A stretch of DNA of 64,000 nt from Bdellovibrionales bacterium (GCA_050249195.1 JBFWQY010000020.1:30081-94080); one strand, 5' to 3'. Shown: positions 1-9,661, counted from the first letter of the stretch. The notes: generated by a model not told the origin, from the letters alone. Program-made: numbers and translations.

Positions 1-290
1 GTGCCCATACCGGTCACTAATCCCGCCGCGGGAACATCTCCTTCATACATCTCGAAAGCCGCCAGCGCGGAAAGCTCGAGGAACTCTGTACCCGGATCGA
101 GCAGGGCGCGAATCCGATCACGCACCAGCATCTTGCCCCGCGCGCGGTGCTTCTCGGCGGCCTGGGGACCACCTCCCGCTCGCACTTCGGACTCGCGGCG
201 TTTGAGTTGCGCAACCAGATCGCGCATGACGGATGAGTTCGCAAGAAATGTAGGCGACTGAGCAGAGACGCGGGATTCCAAGATGGCCAT
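1..290 (-). CDS. methylcrotonyl-CoA carboxylase carboxyltransferase (beta) subunit, N-terminal fragment; the gene continues past the left edge
   Basis: Own translation of the minus strand from the ATG at 290 gives MAILESRVSAQSPTFLANSSVMRDLVAQLKRRESEVRAGGGPQAAEKHRARGKMLVRDRIRALLDPGTEFLELSALAAFEMYEGDVPAAGLVTGMG. This matches the conserved N-terminus of LiuB/MccB-type acyl-CoA carboxyltransferases. The frame is open to the window edge and is absent from the ORF track; track ORFs 1..261(+) and 17..298(-) are other frames. Confidence 0.8.
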   Translation of the reverse strand, partial: MAILESRVSAQSPTFLANSSVMRDLVAQLKRRESEVRAGGGPQAAEKHRARGKMLVRDRIRALLDPGTEFLELSALAAFEMYEGDVPAAGLVTGMG

Positions 291-303
291 GCTCCCATCT
301 CTA

Positions 304-822
304 TTATGCAGGCAAGAATTTCTCAAGCGTAAAGGCCAGGTGGAAGGTAAACGTACCCGCCAGCCGACCATCCGTTAGATATGCGAAACAAGCGAACTCC
401 GCTTCACCGCGTGAGTCACGCGAGAGGTCCAGGCGCAATCTCTCCCATTCCGTCTGCGAAATGGAAAAGCGAAAGTCCACCGACTGATTCACCATATGAT
501 GAATTTCCCCGCGGCTGGACATCACGCGATAACGGAAAGGAAACTCCTGGCGGTAGCGCAAAAGCAAGAGGCGCATACAGAGATCCGCGCCCAGTTGCAT
601 ATGGCCTAGGCACACCTCACCCTCAATGGCGTTACGGAATGAAAGCGGTAGGTGGACCCACACCTGATTATCTCGCCAATCTTTGATGCGCAGACCGGAA
701 TACCAGTACGGCCACTCCGACGCATGCTTGGCGATCTGACGCGAAAGCCAAGGACTAACCCTTTGCACCTGGTCCACCATGCTTAGGAATGTGTCCCATC
801 CGATGAATTTGTTGTGCCGCAT
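304..822 (-). CDS. hypothetical protein (172 aa), immediately upstream of and co-oriented with the carboxyltransferase gene
   Basis: Track ORF. The stop at 304 lies 14 nt before the downstream ATG at 290. No motif recognised. Confidence 0.5.
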   Translation of the reverse strand: MRHNKFIGWDTFLSMVDQVQRVSPWLSRQIAKHASEWPYWYSGLRIKDWRDNQVWVHLPLSFRNAIEGEVCLGHMQLGADLCMRLLLLRYRQEFPFRYRVMSSRGEIHHMVNQSVDFRFSISQTEWERLRLDLSRDSRGEAEFACFAYLTDGRLAGTFTFHLAFTLEKFLPA

Positions 823-895
823 CTTATTCTCCGCTAGGATTTTGCTGGTTTAAGACGTTCCCGTGTCGAATTGCCGCTTGCTGATTGTAGATCAT

Positions 896-1381
896 ATGAG
901 GTCCCAAATGAAAATCGTGAGTGTGTTCGTTTTTGCCTTCGCCCTGATCGGATCCTGGATGCTGGTTCATACCAAGAAGCCGATTTCTGAATCCGTGCAC
1001 GCCGGAATTCAGAATGATCTCAAACGCATCATTAGCGATTACGTGCGGAATAATCTACCGGAAAGTCACCATCTTGAATTCAAGCGGTTCTGGACGGAAA
1101 CCCTCAGCAAAGACCGGGTCAAAGCTTATTTTATTTATGCGTTTCAAGACACTCCTAGCGAAGGCGAATCCGCCGAAGTGGAAATTGAAGGGTCCGCGAT
1201 ATTAAACAAGGTCAACGAATCAGACGACATGGTGACCTGGAGTTTTGATGAACTGCAGATTCTCAATAACACAGTGAATTTTGCCGACCCGATCCAGATC
1301 ACGGCGGGTGCCGGGGAGCTGGAAAGCGGCGGTACGGTGGCTCCATCCAGGTCTGAATCGGATGTGGAAAATGCAGAGTGA
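896..1381 (+). CDS. hypothetical membrane-anchored/secreted protein
   Basis: Track ORF 863..1381. Internal ATGs at 896/908 precede the hydrophobic segment KIVSVFVFAFALIGSWMLV. The C-terminus is acidic. Confidence 0.5.
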   Translation: MRSQMKIVSVFVFAFALIGSWMLVHTKKPISESVHAGIQNDLKRIISDYVRNNLPESHHLEFKRFWTETLSKDRVKAYFIYAFQDTPSEGESAEVEIEGSAILNKVNESDDMVTWSFDELQILNNTVNFADPIQITAGAGELESGGTVAPSRSESDVENAE

Positions 1382-2408
1382 ACGCTATATTTCCCTCGAT
1401 GAAGAAGGTTATTTCGCATTTGACGGCCGTCGTGTGGACGACGACTCCCTTGGTCGCGAGCTCATCCAGAACCTCAAACTGACGGAAAAGGATGCCGTGT
1501 GCACAACCATGCAGGGTCAAGAGGTCTGGGTCGAAGCCTTTGATGCCCCGCTGGTGGGACGGCACGTGCGAAGATTGGGAGGTGGCTTTTGCGAAATGGA
1601 TCTTCCTTACCACATGCGCACGAGATTCCATCTTGACACCCTTTGCCTCGATGAATGGGACCGATTTCATGGGCGCACCACCGAAGGCGTTCCCTTTGTG
1701 TTTTCGCGCACGGCCCAATACGAATTCTTCGATCTCTTGGATAGCTTTGATGATGAATCTGTGACTTTGGAGGGAAAGACTTATCCTGTACCTCCCTGGC
1801 TGGTTCCAATGGAAGAGGTTCGCAATTCAGGCTTTTGGACAGACAAGTACCAAAGCGCCGAGAAGCCAGGATGGGAGCTCGGACGCGAGAGTGTGGTGCT
1901 TCCAGAAGTGCTCCCGCAGTTGAAGCTGGGCAAATGCCGGGTTCTGGTTCCCGGATGCGGCAGCGGCCACGACGCGGCTTACTTCGCGCGGCTCGGGCAC
2001 GTCGTCACCGGGGTTGACTTCAGCGAAGAAGCCATCCAACGCGCGAAATCGCTCTATGGCCACTTGGAAAACCTGACGTTCGAGCGAGCCGATGTCTTCG
2101 CCTTGCCACCGACCTGGAACGCCCGTTTTGACCTTGTCTTTGAACACACGCTTTACTGCGCGGTCTCACCTGAACACCGCAGTGCTCTAGCAAAGGTTTG
2201 GAATCGGGTGCTTCACTCCCAGGGACACTTGCTCGGTATTTTCTTTGTTATGGAAAGACGGCTCGGCCCTCCCTTTGGGGGCAGCGAGTGGGAAGTGCGT
2301 GAGCGTCTTGGAGGAGCTTTTGATTTTCTATATTGGACACGGTGGCGCCGTTCTGTTGAAAACCGGCGCGGATTGGAACTTGTCGTGTTCGCCCGAAAGA
2401 AAGCCTAA
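1371..2408 (+). CDS. SAM-dependent methyltransferase (TPMT-like) with an uncharacterised N-terminal domain
   Basis: Track ORF 1281..2408. The ATG at 1371 overlaps the upstream stop. The motif RVLVPGCGSGHDAAYFARLGHVVTGVDFSEEAI is SAM-binding motif I, preceded by FWTDKYQS..PGWELG as in thiopurine-S-methyltransferase-like enzymes. Confidence 0.7.
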   Translation: MQSERYISLDEEGYFAFDGRRVDDDSLGRELIQNLKLTEKDAVCTTMQGQEVWVEAFDAPLVGRHVRRLGGGFCEMDLPYHMRTRFHLDTLCLDEWDRFHGRTTEGVPFVFSRTAQYEFFDLLDSFDDESVTLEGKTYPVPPWLVPMEEVRNSGFWTDKYQSAEKPGWELGRESVVLPEVLPQLKLGKCRVLVPGCGSGHDAAYFARLGHVVTGVDFSEEAIQRAKSLYGHLENLTFERADVFALPPTWNARFDLVFEHTLYCAVSPEHRSALAKVWNRVLHSQGHLLGIFFVMERRLGPPFGGSEWEVRERLGGAFDFLYWTRWRRSVENRRGLELVVFARKKA

Positions 2409-2436
2409 GTTTAGGCAGCGCAAATTCAAACCGATT

Positions 2437-2472
2437 CCGGCCCGGTCGAATAACCGGCCTTCCTTCTTTTTG
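2437..2472 (+). terminator. candidate rho-independent terminator after the methyltransferase gene
   Basis: GGCCCGG (2439-2445) pairs with CCGGCC (2454-2459) with one bulge, followed by the T-rich TTCCTTCTTTTT. Confidence 0.35.
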
Positions 2473-2626
2473 AGATTCATCAATATTTTTTAGTTTATTC
2501 GCTCGAATCATTTAGTTCTCGCTTGAGGTTAACGTGAGTGAGCTGAGCATCGTCCGCGATTGCTGAAATCCGCCTCGAAATAGAGCGTGTGGCGCGGCTG
2601 CGCTCAATCTCGGAGGATGTCTTCGC

Positions 2627-3358
2627 CTAGCGCACGCTCGCCGGAATTCGGGTCAGGGATGCCGGCACGTTGGCCGGACCGTCGGAGGGCGTAGCCGGCT
2701 CGCCGCCCTTTGCGAAGTATTGTAGCGCATTTAGGCTATGGAAGAGAGTCTGCGCCAGGGCTGGAGATTTCGCGGCAATGTGACCACAGTCACCAGGTTG
2801 CGGAAGACGAACCTCTTTGCGCGCTAATCGTCCCTGCGCCAGTGCCGTGACCACATTGTCGGCGGTTTGATAAAGAGCGTACTCGAGATGATTCAAGAGG
2901 TGCGCGGCCCGTTGGGTGGGCACCCATTGGAAGTCAAGTTCATCGCGTCCCATGGGAGGGCGGTTCACGGAGAAGTCGAAGTAGCGCGCGCGGGATTTCG
3001 AGCCCGGCATGTAGGTGAGGAAGAAGGTCTTAATCCCGTTGTCACGCACCGGTACCTCAAATCGAATCTTATTTACTCCCTGGCGCTGGAGACGGGCCGC
3101 ATAGACGCCAGCTCCCGCCGATAGGACCAGGATCTGACTGTCGTCCTCAGCTTCAACCGATAGAAACACAAGTCCGCCTTCGGTGAATACGGGTCCCGCT
3201 TGCTGGTTCGGGTCGGTGAGCGAGGCCACTTGGCGGGCGCATTCATGGGTGTGGATCTCATCCACCGCGGCGGGCGCCAAGGGGGCGCGCAACACAGAGG
3301 TGTGAGCCGCCATCAGGCTTCCGCCAAAGATGAGCTGCAAGAGTTTATTCCAAAACAT
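2627..3358 (-). CDS. secreted hypothetical protein
   Basis: Track ORF 2627..3454. The internal Met at 3358 begins MFWNKLLQLIFGGSLMAAHTSVLRAPLAP, which resembles a signal peptide. No catalytic motif recognised. Confidence 0.55.
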   Translation of the reverse strand: MFWNKLLQLIFGGSLMAAHTSVLRAPLAPAAVDEIHTHECARQVASLTDPNQQAGPVFTEGGLVFLSVEAEDDSQILVLSAGAGVYAARLQRQGVNKIRFEVPVRDNGIKTFFLTYMPGSKSRARYFDFSVNRPPMGRDELDFQWVPTQRAAHLLNHLEYALYQTADNVVTALAQGRLARKEVRLPQPGDCGHIAAKSPALAQTLFHSLNALQYFAKGGEPATPSDGPANVPASLTRIPASVR

Positions 3359-3744
3359 GCGAGTCGATCCTCTCGACCCCCGTTCAGCCTCCAAGTGTCC
3401 CTCTCCGTCTTGGAATTCAAAATTGATTCCAGCCCTTAAGCCGGTGTGTTCCAAATTAGGGCACCTATCTGTCTAAGTTTTGGTGAGTCGCTGTGGGAAT
3501 TAGACGGGCGGACACGCAAGAGGGAGGGGAAGGGAGAGTGGACGACCAGGGAGACAGGGAGGGGGCCAAGGCCCGCAGCGGACCGCTAGGACCTCGGTGA
3601 CCCGCAAAAGGGTGGCCAGCGGGGAACCAAGAGCGGCAGAGCGGCGCCGAGCTGGCAGACCTGGGCGGCAGGAGGCTGTTAGCCGCGCGGGAGCGCGAGA
3701 GTTGGGGCGGCGAAGTACGAGGCCACCTGAGCAGAAAACCAGGC

Positions 3745-3785
3745 CCAAAAAAAAGAGAGGCCCGGGTTTACTAACCCAGGCCTCA
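3745..3785 (-). terminator. rho-independent terminator of rnpB
   Basis: The minus strand reads GAGGCCTGGG-TTAGTAAA-CCCGGGCCTC (10-bp stem with one G.U pair) followed by TCTTTTTTTT. Confidence 0.7.
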
Positions 3786-3796
3786 CAGAATCACCG

Positions 3797-4214
3797 ATTC
3801 GGATTTGCTGTAAGCCGGATTCTGTCTACCGCCCCGACGTCGGCGAACGCGTCGAAAAGCGGCGAGGTCATCATTCCTCTGAGAGCGGTTTCTCAACCGT
3901 CCTTTAGCAATCTACCCGAAAGCCGGATACAGGCGGTATCCCGGCAAAGAACTCTTCCTTTCAGAAATTCCTTCAGAAATGCTCTTCGCCTTGCTTCCCT
4001 ATTCGATCTTGCTCCGCGCAGAGTTTGGCTGCTTTCACTCCGGCGACTCCCCTGAAATCTCCCGTTCCCGAAATCAGGATCTCAGCCCCGGACCTTCTCT
4101 CTGTTCCACTGTTCCTCACCTTACGGCGGAAGGACGTTATCCTTTGCGCTGCCTTATGGAGTCCGGACTTTCCTCGAAGGCCAAAAGCCCCCGCGATCAC
4201 CCGCAAATCCACAT
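3797..4214 (-). ncRNA. rnpB: RNase P RNA (M1 RNA)
   Basis: The minus strand contains the universally conserved GAGGAAAGTCCGGACTCC (complement of 4158-4175) and ACAGAATCCGGCTTACAGCAAATCC (complement of about 3801-3826). The 5' GGATTTGC (4203-4210) pairs perfectly with the 3' GCAAATCC (3801-3808) as P1. Ends are approximate, within about 10 nt. Confidence 0.85.
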
Positions 4215-4442
4215 CCTGTGTAGCATGATCCTGGAGGGGTCACAAGGCCCCATGGGCTCAGGTGGCACCAGATCCTTGGGCACTAATGGTGCCTGAGCCG
4301 TGGGAAGGGCCGATGAGCCGGCTGGCCCGCCGCAGCTGTTACTGCTTCTGTTCCTGCCACCACGACTGCGGGGCTCTGGTTCGCGGCCGGCACATTGATT
4401 GCTCTCTCTTCCTACTCTAGCAGGTCGCTAGTGGAGGTAATC

Positions 4443-5138
4443 ATGATTCGGGCCTTACTCTTGGATGTAGACGGGACCTTAATTGACAGCAATGACGCTC
4501 ATGCCCAGGCGTGGATGGAGGCTCTGAAGGAGGAGGGTTACAATGTCCCGCTTCGGGAGGTCCGCCGCCGGATTGGAATGGGCGGCGACAATCTTCTCCC
4601 TTCACTTCTGGGAATTTCGGATTCTGATCCCAAGGCAAAAACGATGTCCCACCGTCACGGAGAGATCTTTCGTGAGAAATATTTGCGCGAACTCAAACCA
4701 TTCCCGGGAGTGCGCGAACTTATTGATCACCTGCGCGGGCTCGGTCTCCAGCTGGTGATTGCGACCTCCAGTAAGAAAAAGGACTTGGAATTGCTCTTAG
4801 GCCAGGCGGGCCTGAAAGACCTCCTCTTGGATTCCACCTCGGCCGACGACGCCAGTAGCTCAAAACCGTCCCCAGATATCGTGCAAGCCGCGTGGAAAAA
4901 GACCGGCTGTCGGAAGGAGGAGGTGCTGATGATCGGCGATACGCCCTACGATATCGAGGCTGCCAAACGGGCCGGGGTCCGAATTATCGCGTTAACCTGT
5001 GGCGGCTGGACGCGCGACGAACTTAAAGACCGCGGCGCCGACGCCGTCTACACGGATCTTGCCGATCTTCTCGAAAACTTGACGACCTCCCCTATCCTTT
5101 CGGCTGCCGAAATCGGTTCCGGCCCGCCCCAACATTGA
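4443..5138 (+). CDS. HAD-superfamily hydrolase (phosphatase, PGP/beta-PGM-like subfamily)
   Basis: Track ORF 4395..5138. The ATG at 4443 follows GGAGGTAATC. HAD motif I is LLLDVDGTLIDS, and later motifs are IATSS and IGDTPYDIEAAKRAG. Confidence 0.8.
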   Translation: MIRALLLDVDGTLIDSNDAHAQAWMEALKEEGYNVPLREVRRRIGMGGDNLLPSLLGISDSDPKAKTMSHRHGEIFREKYLRELKPFPGVRELIDHLRGLGLQLVIATSSKKKDLELLLGQAGLKDLLLDSTSADDASSSKPSPDIVQAAWKKTGCRKEEVLMIGDTPYDIEAAKRAGVRIIALTCGGWTRDELKDRGADAVYTDLADLLENLTTSPILSAAEIGSGPPQH

Positions 5139-5162
5139 CTCGGAAGGACTAGTGACTATACT
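5135..5162 (+). promoter_or_regulatory. sigma70-like promoter for the tRNA gene
   Basis: TTGACT (5135-5140), a 16-nt spacer, then TATACT (5157-5162), 18 nt upstream of the tRNA 5' end. Confidence 0.5.
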
Positions 5163-5179
5163 GGCCCTTCTGACCGCGC

Positions 5180-5256
5180 GGGGCCTTAGCTTAGTTGGTT
5201 AAAGCAGCCGGCTCATAACCGGCGGATCCCAGGTTCAAGTCCTGGAGGCCCTACCA
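5180..5256 (+). tRNA. tRNA with anticodon CAT (elongator Met or lysidine-type Ile2; not initiator)
   Basis: Cloverleaf read by eye: acceptor GGGGCCT/AGGCCCT, D-arm GCTTAGTTGGTTAAAGC, anticodon stem-loop GCCGG-CTCATAA-CCGGC, T-arm CCAGG-TTCAAGT-CCTGG, encoded CCA. The anticodon stem lacks the 3 G-C pairs of an initiator tRNA. Confidence 0.85.
5241..5256 (+). repeat. attL core (tRNA 3' end)
   Basis: CCTGGAGGCCCTACCA, identical to 26883-26898. Confidence 0.7.
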
Positions 5257-5296
5257 GTTCTAACGATTCCAGATACTTACAAAGCGAATTCAGTGA

Positions 5297-5314
5297 TTGG
5301 TCCCGTTTGGTCCC
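5297..5314 (+). repeat. island-internal 18-mer TTGGTCCCGTTTGGTCCC (two TTGGTCCC units 10 bp apart), left arm
   Basis: Exact copy at 26747-26764. Candidate integrase arm-type binding sites. Confidence 0.5.
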
Positions 5315-5349
5315 GGTGCGATTGGGTTCTGCGACGGATCGTTCGGGTT

Positions 5350-6600
5350 TTAGCCGGCCTGCTCATCACTACGAGTTGAACTCACTAACCTCAACCGCTT
5401 CTCTGACTCACGCATTGCCTGTTCCGCACGCTGAGACCGAATCTTCGCATAGTGCTGCGGCATACCCTGGTCTTTCCAACCGCCTAACTGCTGAAGGCCA
5501 AGTAGGTCCTGAGTCTGATCGAGAAACCTAGTTGCCCCGGTGTGTCTGCATACGTGAGTACCACGATGAGGTAATCCAGCACGACTGAAGGCAATGTCGT
5601 ATGCATACTGAATTTGCCGATAGGTTAGGAGGTTTCCCTGATCATGAAAGATCAAGTCACAGCCCTCACGAACGTCTAAAGTAGAAAGAACCGCTTGAAC
5701 CTCCGTCCACAACGGAACCCAGTATGAATCCATTGTAGTCTTTGTACCTACCGCAAGCGACGGCGGTTTTCCTCCTACCCTAGGCCACAAGACATGCTCA
5801 CGAATATGATAGCGACCGTTGGGCAGATCCAAGTTGCTCCATCTCATCGCACATACCTCACTTACGCGTAACACTTGGTAAACCTGCACCACGGCCATTG
5901 CATAGAAGAGCGGGTCTGCTTGCTTGAGAGCGGTCAACCACTTGGTCAACTCGTCATCCGAGAGAACAACTTGTCTCGCGGCTCGCTTCCGTACTTCAGC
6001 CTTAGCAAAATGCTTTCGCTTGATCGGAAATACCAATCTTGAATCGTCATTTTCTTCGATGTGCCAGCGCAACAGGGTACTCAGCGCTTTGAGTTCTTTC
6101 TCGAAAGAGACCCTGGTGTTTCGCCTCTCACTGAGCATTTCTGGCGACTTGAGCCAGTCTATCCAATCCGAAATATTCTGAGAGGTTAGATCATCTACGT
6201 TCATCGTAAATAACGGTTCTAGGAGTTCTAACCTTCTCTCGTACAGGATCACAGTGCCTTCGGCTAGAAACGGGTACCGCTTGGCCTTGAAGTCTCTAAC
6301 AAGGTCAGCAACCGTATAACCGGCATGTTCGCATGTAGCGGTGGTGTTTTGTGTCTCCACCTGAACGTTACGCCGCTCCTTCCACTCACGAGCACCCTGA
6401 AGAGAACTAAAGCACCTCGCCTCTCTCCCGCTTGCTAGCTCTGAAACTCGCCGTGCTTGGTACTGCGGTCCACCAGGAGGATCTTCATAGCGTAACTTAG
6501 CTTCATTCCAGGCCCAGCGCCGTCTAATACCCTTATGACCGGCAACAGGTGCCCAAACAAGAGCACCTTTAAAAACCTTAGGATCAAATTTCTTTGTCAT
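5350..6600 (-). CDS. int: tyrosine recombinase / phage-type integrase
   Basis: 416 aa. The C-terminal catalytic region VCRHTGATRFLD...LGGWKDQGMPQHYAKI has the H-x-x-R and terminal Tyr pattern. The gene is adjacent to the tRNA. Confidence 0.85.
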   Translation of the reverse strand: MTKKFDPKVFKGALVWAPVAGHKGIRRRWAWNEAKLRYEDPPGGPQYQARRVSELASGREARCFSSLQGAREWKERRNVQVETQNTTATCEHAGYTVADLVRDFKAKRYPFLAEGTVILYERRLELLEPLFTMNVDDLTSQNISDWIDWLKSPEMLSERRNTRVSFEKELKALSTLLRWHIEENDDSRLVFPIKRKHFAKAEVRKRAARQVVLSDDELTKWLTALKQADPLFYAMAVVQVYQVLRVSEVCAMRWSNLDLPNGRYHIREHVLWPRVGGKPPSLAVGTKTTMDSYWVPLWTEVQAVLSTLDVREGCDLIFHDQGNLLTYRQIQYAYDIAFSRAGLPHRGTHVCRHTGATRFLDQTQDLLGLQQLGGWKDQGMPQHYAKIRSQRAEQAMRESEKRLRLVSSTRSDEQAG

Positions 6601-6836
6601 GGACGTCTCCTTTTAGAAAGGAACTCCACGACTTCCGACATCTTGAATCGAACGGCGCGACCAATCTTAAAGTACGGTAAGCCCTCATCCTTCATTAATT
6701 TCGAAATGTAGGACGGGCTTAGACTTAGCCGATTAGCCAACTCCGTTCGGTCCACTAAATTGAGAAAGAACTGAGCGTCCACCTTACCACAATGTTCACT
6801 AGGGACTACCTGTCGACTTTTCACAGAGGAACTCAT
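6597..6836 (-). CDS. excisionase-family/AlpA-like helix-turn-helix DNA-binding protein
   Basis: 79 aa with a 4-nt overlap with int. LVDRTELANRLSLSPSYISKLMKDEGLPYFKIGRAVRFKMSEVVEFL matches the MerR-superfamily excisionase HTH pattern. Confidence 0.65.
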   Translation of the reverse strand: MSSSVKSRQVVPSEHCGKVDAQFFLNLVDRTELANRLSLSPSYISKLMKDEGLPYFKIGRAVRFKMSEVVEFLSKRRRP

Positions 6837-7030
6837 CGGCGCTTCCTCTTCCTGGCTCTTGGCTTGCGCTTCTTGCCATTCGCTTTTGTGGCGGCTTTTT
6901 TGGCCTTCGTTCGTGCCCGAATCTCTCCCTCGCCAATCACATGAATCTTGCCGCCCCCGCTTAGGAACTTCTCGAGCTCCTCTTTAATAAACTTGCGAAG
7001 CTCTTTTTTTGAGAACCTTGTCTCTATCAT
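6833..7030 (-). CDS. small Lys/Arg-rich hypothetical protein
   Basis: Track ORF 6833..7057 with an internal Met at 7030. The C-terminus KAKKAATKANGKKRKPRARKRKRR is highly basic. Confidence 0.35.
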   Translation of the reverse strand: MIETRFSKKELRKFIKEELEKFLSGGGKIHVIGEGEIRARTKAKKAATKANGKKRKPRARKRKRR

Positions 7031-7502
7031 TTCTGCCCTCCTGGCATGAATTCCCACTCAATCCTTGAGCGGTTTTGGTGTTTCTAGCTTGAAACTCGAG
7101 TATTTCGTCGGGAATGATCCCATGGCCCCGGTACAAAATGAGCCTACCGATTTGAACCTTGAAGTTCTCCTCATCGAAAGCGCGGAACTCAAACGGCGTG
7201 ATACCTTGCTCTAACATCAACCGCTTGGTCCGACTGAGGGCCTTTAGTGAGGCTTTGGAATCCGACCGAAAGAGCGCGGCATACTTAAGTTTCTGATTCC
7301 AGATCGCGCACACCGTCGGTCCAAACGCTTTAATCCAGGTGTCGGATTTCAATTTGTACTCTCCGTATAGCTTCCCGAACCACAAATAGGCCGGGCTCGG
7401 CTCCTCTCGGAGCTTGGCGGCCCACTCCTGGGCAATGGCGGCTTTTCGTATGAACCTACGAAGCCCCGGCGGAACACCCGGATCGTTTTGATCGGTCATC
7501 AA
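6984..7502 (-). CDS. hypothetical protein (172 aa)
   Basis: Track ORF in the island operon upstream of xis/int. No motif recognised. Confidence 0.45.
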   Translation of the reverse strand: MMTDQNDPGVPPGLRRFIRKAAIAQEWAAKLREEPSPAYLWFGKLYGEYKLKSDTWIKAFGPTVCAIWNQKLKYAALFRSDSKASLKALSRTKRLMLEQGITPFEFRAFDEENFKVQIGRLILYRGHGIIPDEILEFQARNTKTAQGLSGNSCQEGRNDRDKVLKKRASQVY

Positions 7503-7537
7503 CTCCTCCTTGAGTTGTTAAGTCATTTTTAAACCGA

Positions 7538-8584
7538 TTAGAATTCGACAACGTTAAAATACCTCGGCTGAAATGCCTCACCATCGTAACCTTCAAAATT
7601 TAAGGTCCCATCTCCGTTAATAGACTTGATGATCAAACGTTTGCCTTTATCGATCCCGCGATAGCTAAATCCATTATCAATGGCAATCACTTCCATTCCG
7701 GGCTCAAACTCGTAAGTTTCCGTAATCGGTGATTCATCTTTCACGGCTACTTCAAGGCTGTTTCTGGGCTGATTGACGGCTGGTTCACATGGTAAATGGT
7801 TAACGGATAGATGACTCACGGATAGATAGTTAATGAATGAACGGAAATATGAAGAACGATAAATGTCCGACGAATTTACGGACAAATGTTCTAATGAACA
7901 AACGGACCGATGATAAAGGTCTAATAGCTTAGGAATCGATGAAGAGTCTTTCTCATCCAAGTGGAGTGCCCGCGTAAGCAGGGCCTTCACCAATAAGTCA
8001 AAGTGAGGTCTCCCTTCCTTAACCCGTTCCAGGACAAGTCTCTTCTTCCCCTTTTGACTCACTAGAAGAGCTCGGACACAGACGTTCACAAAATCGAGGT
8101 CATTATAGACTTCAAGGTTAGGAAACAGGTCAGACTCATTCACCAACCAGATTCCTGGCCTCCCCTTTCCATGTCCCCCTCCTACTGAGCTAGATTCAGC
8201 CAGAACAATAGTCATCCCGAGTCTGGAACTAAGGCAGTTAATGGCTCCCCTCCACGCCTGACCGGATTGGAGCGCAAGCCCATCCTTGGAAGGTTTCCCT
8301 TTTTTTGTCTTACTTGCTTTTAAGGGATCATCGACCGCCAAGTTTGGATCAGAATTGACAAGATCCTGAGCATCCTTTCGGCTCATCAGGAGCAATCTAC
8401 GATTCGTCACCCCAATTGAATTGCTAATACATGCGACTAACCGTTCAACTGAATCTCTGCTGTTGTAGTAGACCTCCAACATACCCTTGAGCTCCTCCGA
8501 TTGAATCTTAGAAACCTCGATAGGCGGCACCAAACGGTACCGGTCTAAGTCCCGTATCTTTAGAGCTAATTCTGAAAGCTTCAT
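7538..8584 (-). CDS. hypothetical protein (348 aa), in the position usually held by a replication/primase-type island gene
   Basis: Track ORF. No Walker or primase motif seen, so the function is unassigned. Confidence 0.5.
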   Translation of the reverse strand: MKLSELALKIRDLDRYRLVPPIEVSKIQSEELKGMLEVYYNSRDSVERLVACISNSIGVTNRRLLLMSRKDAQDLVNSDPNLAVDDPLKASKTKKGKPSKDGLALQSGQAWRGAINCLSSRLGMTIVLAESSSVGGGHGKGRPGIWLVNESDLFPNLEVYNDLDFVNVCVRALLVSQKGKKRLVLERVKEGRPHFDLLVKALLTRALHLDEKDSSSIPKLLDLYHRSVCSLEHLSVNSSDIYRSSYFRSFINYLSVSHLSVNHLPCEPAVNQPRNSLEVAVKDESPITETYEFEPGMEVIAIDNGFSYRGIDKGKRLIIKSINGDGTLNFEGYDGEAFQPRYFNVVEF

Positions 8585-8934
8585 TACTTCTCCTTCCTGG
8601 AAAGCATTGTTTGTTCATAGATTTTGATTCGTTTTGTAACTGTCGTGTGGGACCGCTTAATACCGACGCCTTTTAGGGCGCCCGAGATTTCACGGCTGGA
8701 GAGACCCTCGGCGTGGAAAGCCCAAATCTGACGGTCTATTTGGGATCGAAATTTATGGGTAGCAAGAAACAGTGTGGCGAGCCGGTAATAATCCGCTCTG
8801 AATGGGTCATAATTTGATGTGATCTTTGATGAGTACGATTTTAGGTCCCCATTTGGATCTTCAATGTCCCTAAAGCCGCTCTCTTGAAGCAGCTTTGCCC
8901 AATGGGCTTTGATTTCAGCAAGACCCTTTTTCAT
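8584..8934 (-). CDS. hypothetical protein with a probable C-terminal HTH
   Basis: 116 aa with a 1-nt overlap with the downstream ORF. The segment LSSREISGALKGVGIKRSHTTVTKRIKIY is HTH-like. Confidence 0.5.
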   Translation of the reverse strand: MKKGLAEIKAHWAKLLQESGFRDIEDPNGDLKSYSSKITSNYDPFRADYYRLATLFLATHKFRSQIDRQIWAFHAEGLSSREISGALKGVGIKRSHTTVTKRIKIYEQTMLSRKEK

Positions 8935-9661
8935 GGGGTATTCATTCCTTTCCCTACACTTCCTACTGGTAAAACCCCTAATTTCGAGATCTCACCGAAG
9001 CTCACAGAGGTGTTTACAGGGACGCCACGCACTCCTGAAGCATTTGGAAGCTAGACCGATTCAGGTGTCCCTCAATCAGTACTACTAAATGGGCTAAATC
9101 TTTGACTTGCCGGTTTCGACTTTTCGGCTGCCGATGCGTGGATCAGGTGATCGGGAGACGTCGAGTGACCGGACCGAATTAGATTGTCGAACTCAGTGTG
9201 TGTAACTACCTGAAATTAGGTGGTCGAAATCAGCGAGGAGCCACTTTTTCGTGTTGAAATCATCGACCCCCTTGTGTGGAGACCTAAGAATTCAAAAAAT
9301 CCCATAGATAGTGCTCTGACGCTGTTGCATTCCTTCTGAAGGAAACCTTTTCGACACGTTTACAGTCCGGACATATGTGAAAGCAACTGCTCCAACATTG
9401 CGATCGAGCCAGAGGTTCAAAAATTCGGTCCCGTTTAGCGTGGGTGATTCCCTCGTGCGGCCATCAGTGCATTTTGATGACGTCGAGACCCTGAAAATTC
9501 ATTCCCGCTCATGCCTAACGAAACGCTTTGCCTCTGGTTCGGTCCTTCTGGACACCTTTTAGGACTCAAAACGAACGTTTAGGGACGTGGAGTCCCAAGA
9601 TTAATCCATAACGTAATCTAATGAATGTAGATGCCCGACTTAAAGTCAAAGGAGGCGGCCG

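Noticed and set aside
1-298. Track ORFs 1..261(+) and 17..298(-) at the left edge.
   Set aside because: A third frame on the minus strand (ATG at 290, open to the edge) gives an unmistakable LiuB/MccB N-terminus. The listed ORFs are off-frame artefacts of a GC-rich gene.
3597-4296. Track ORFs 3597..4055(+), 3973..4212(-), 3979..4296(+) and 4025..4228(+).
   Set aside because: They overlap the RNase P RNA gene, which has conserved CR-I/CR-V sequences and P1 pairing. Their translated products are Arg/Pro/Ser-rich nonsense.
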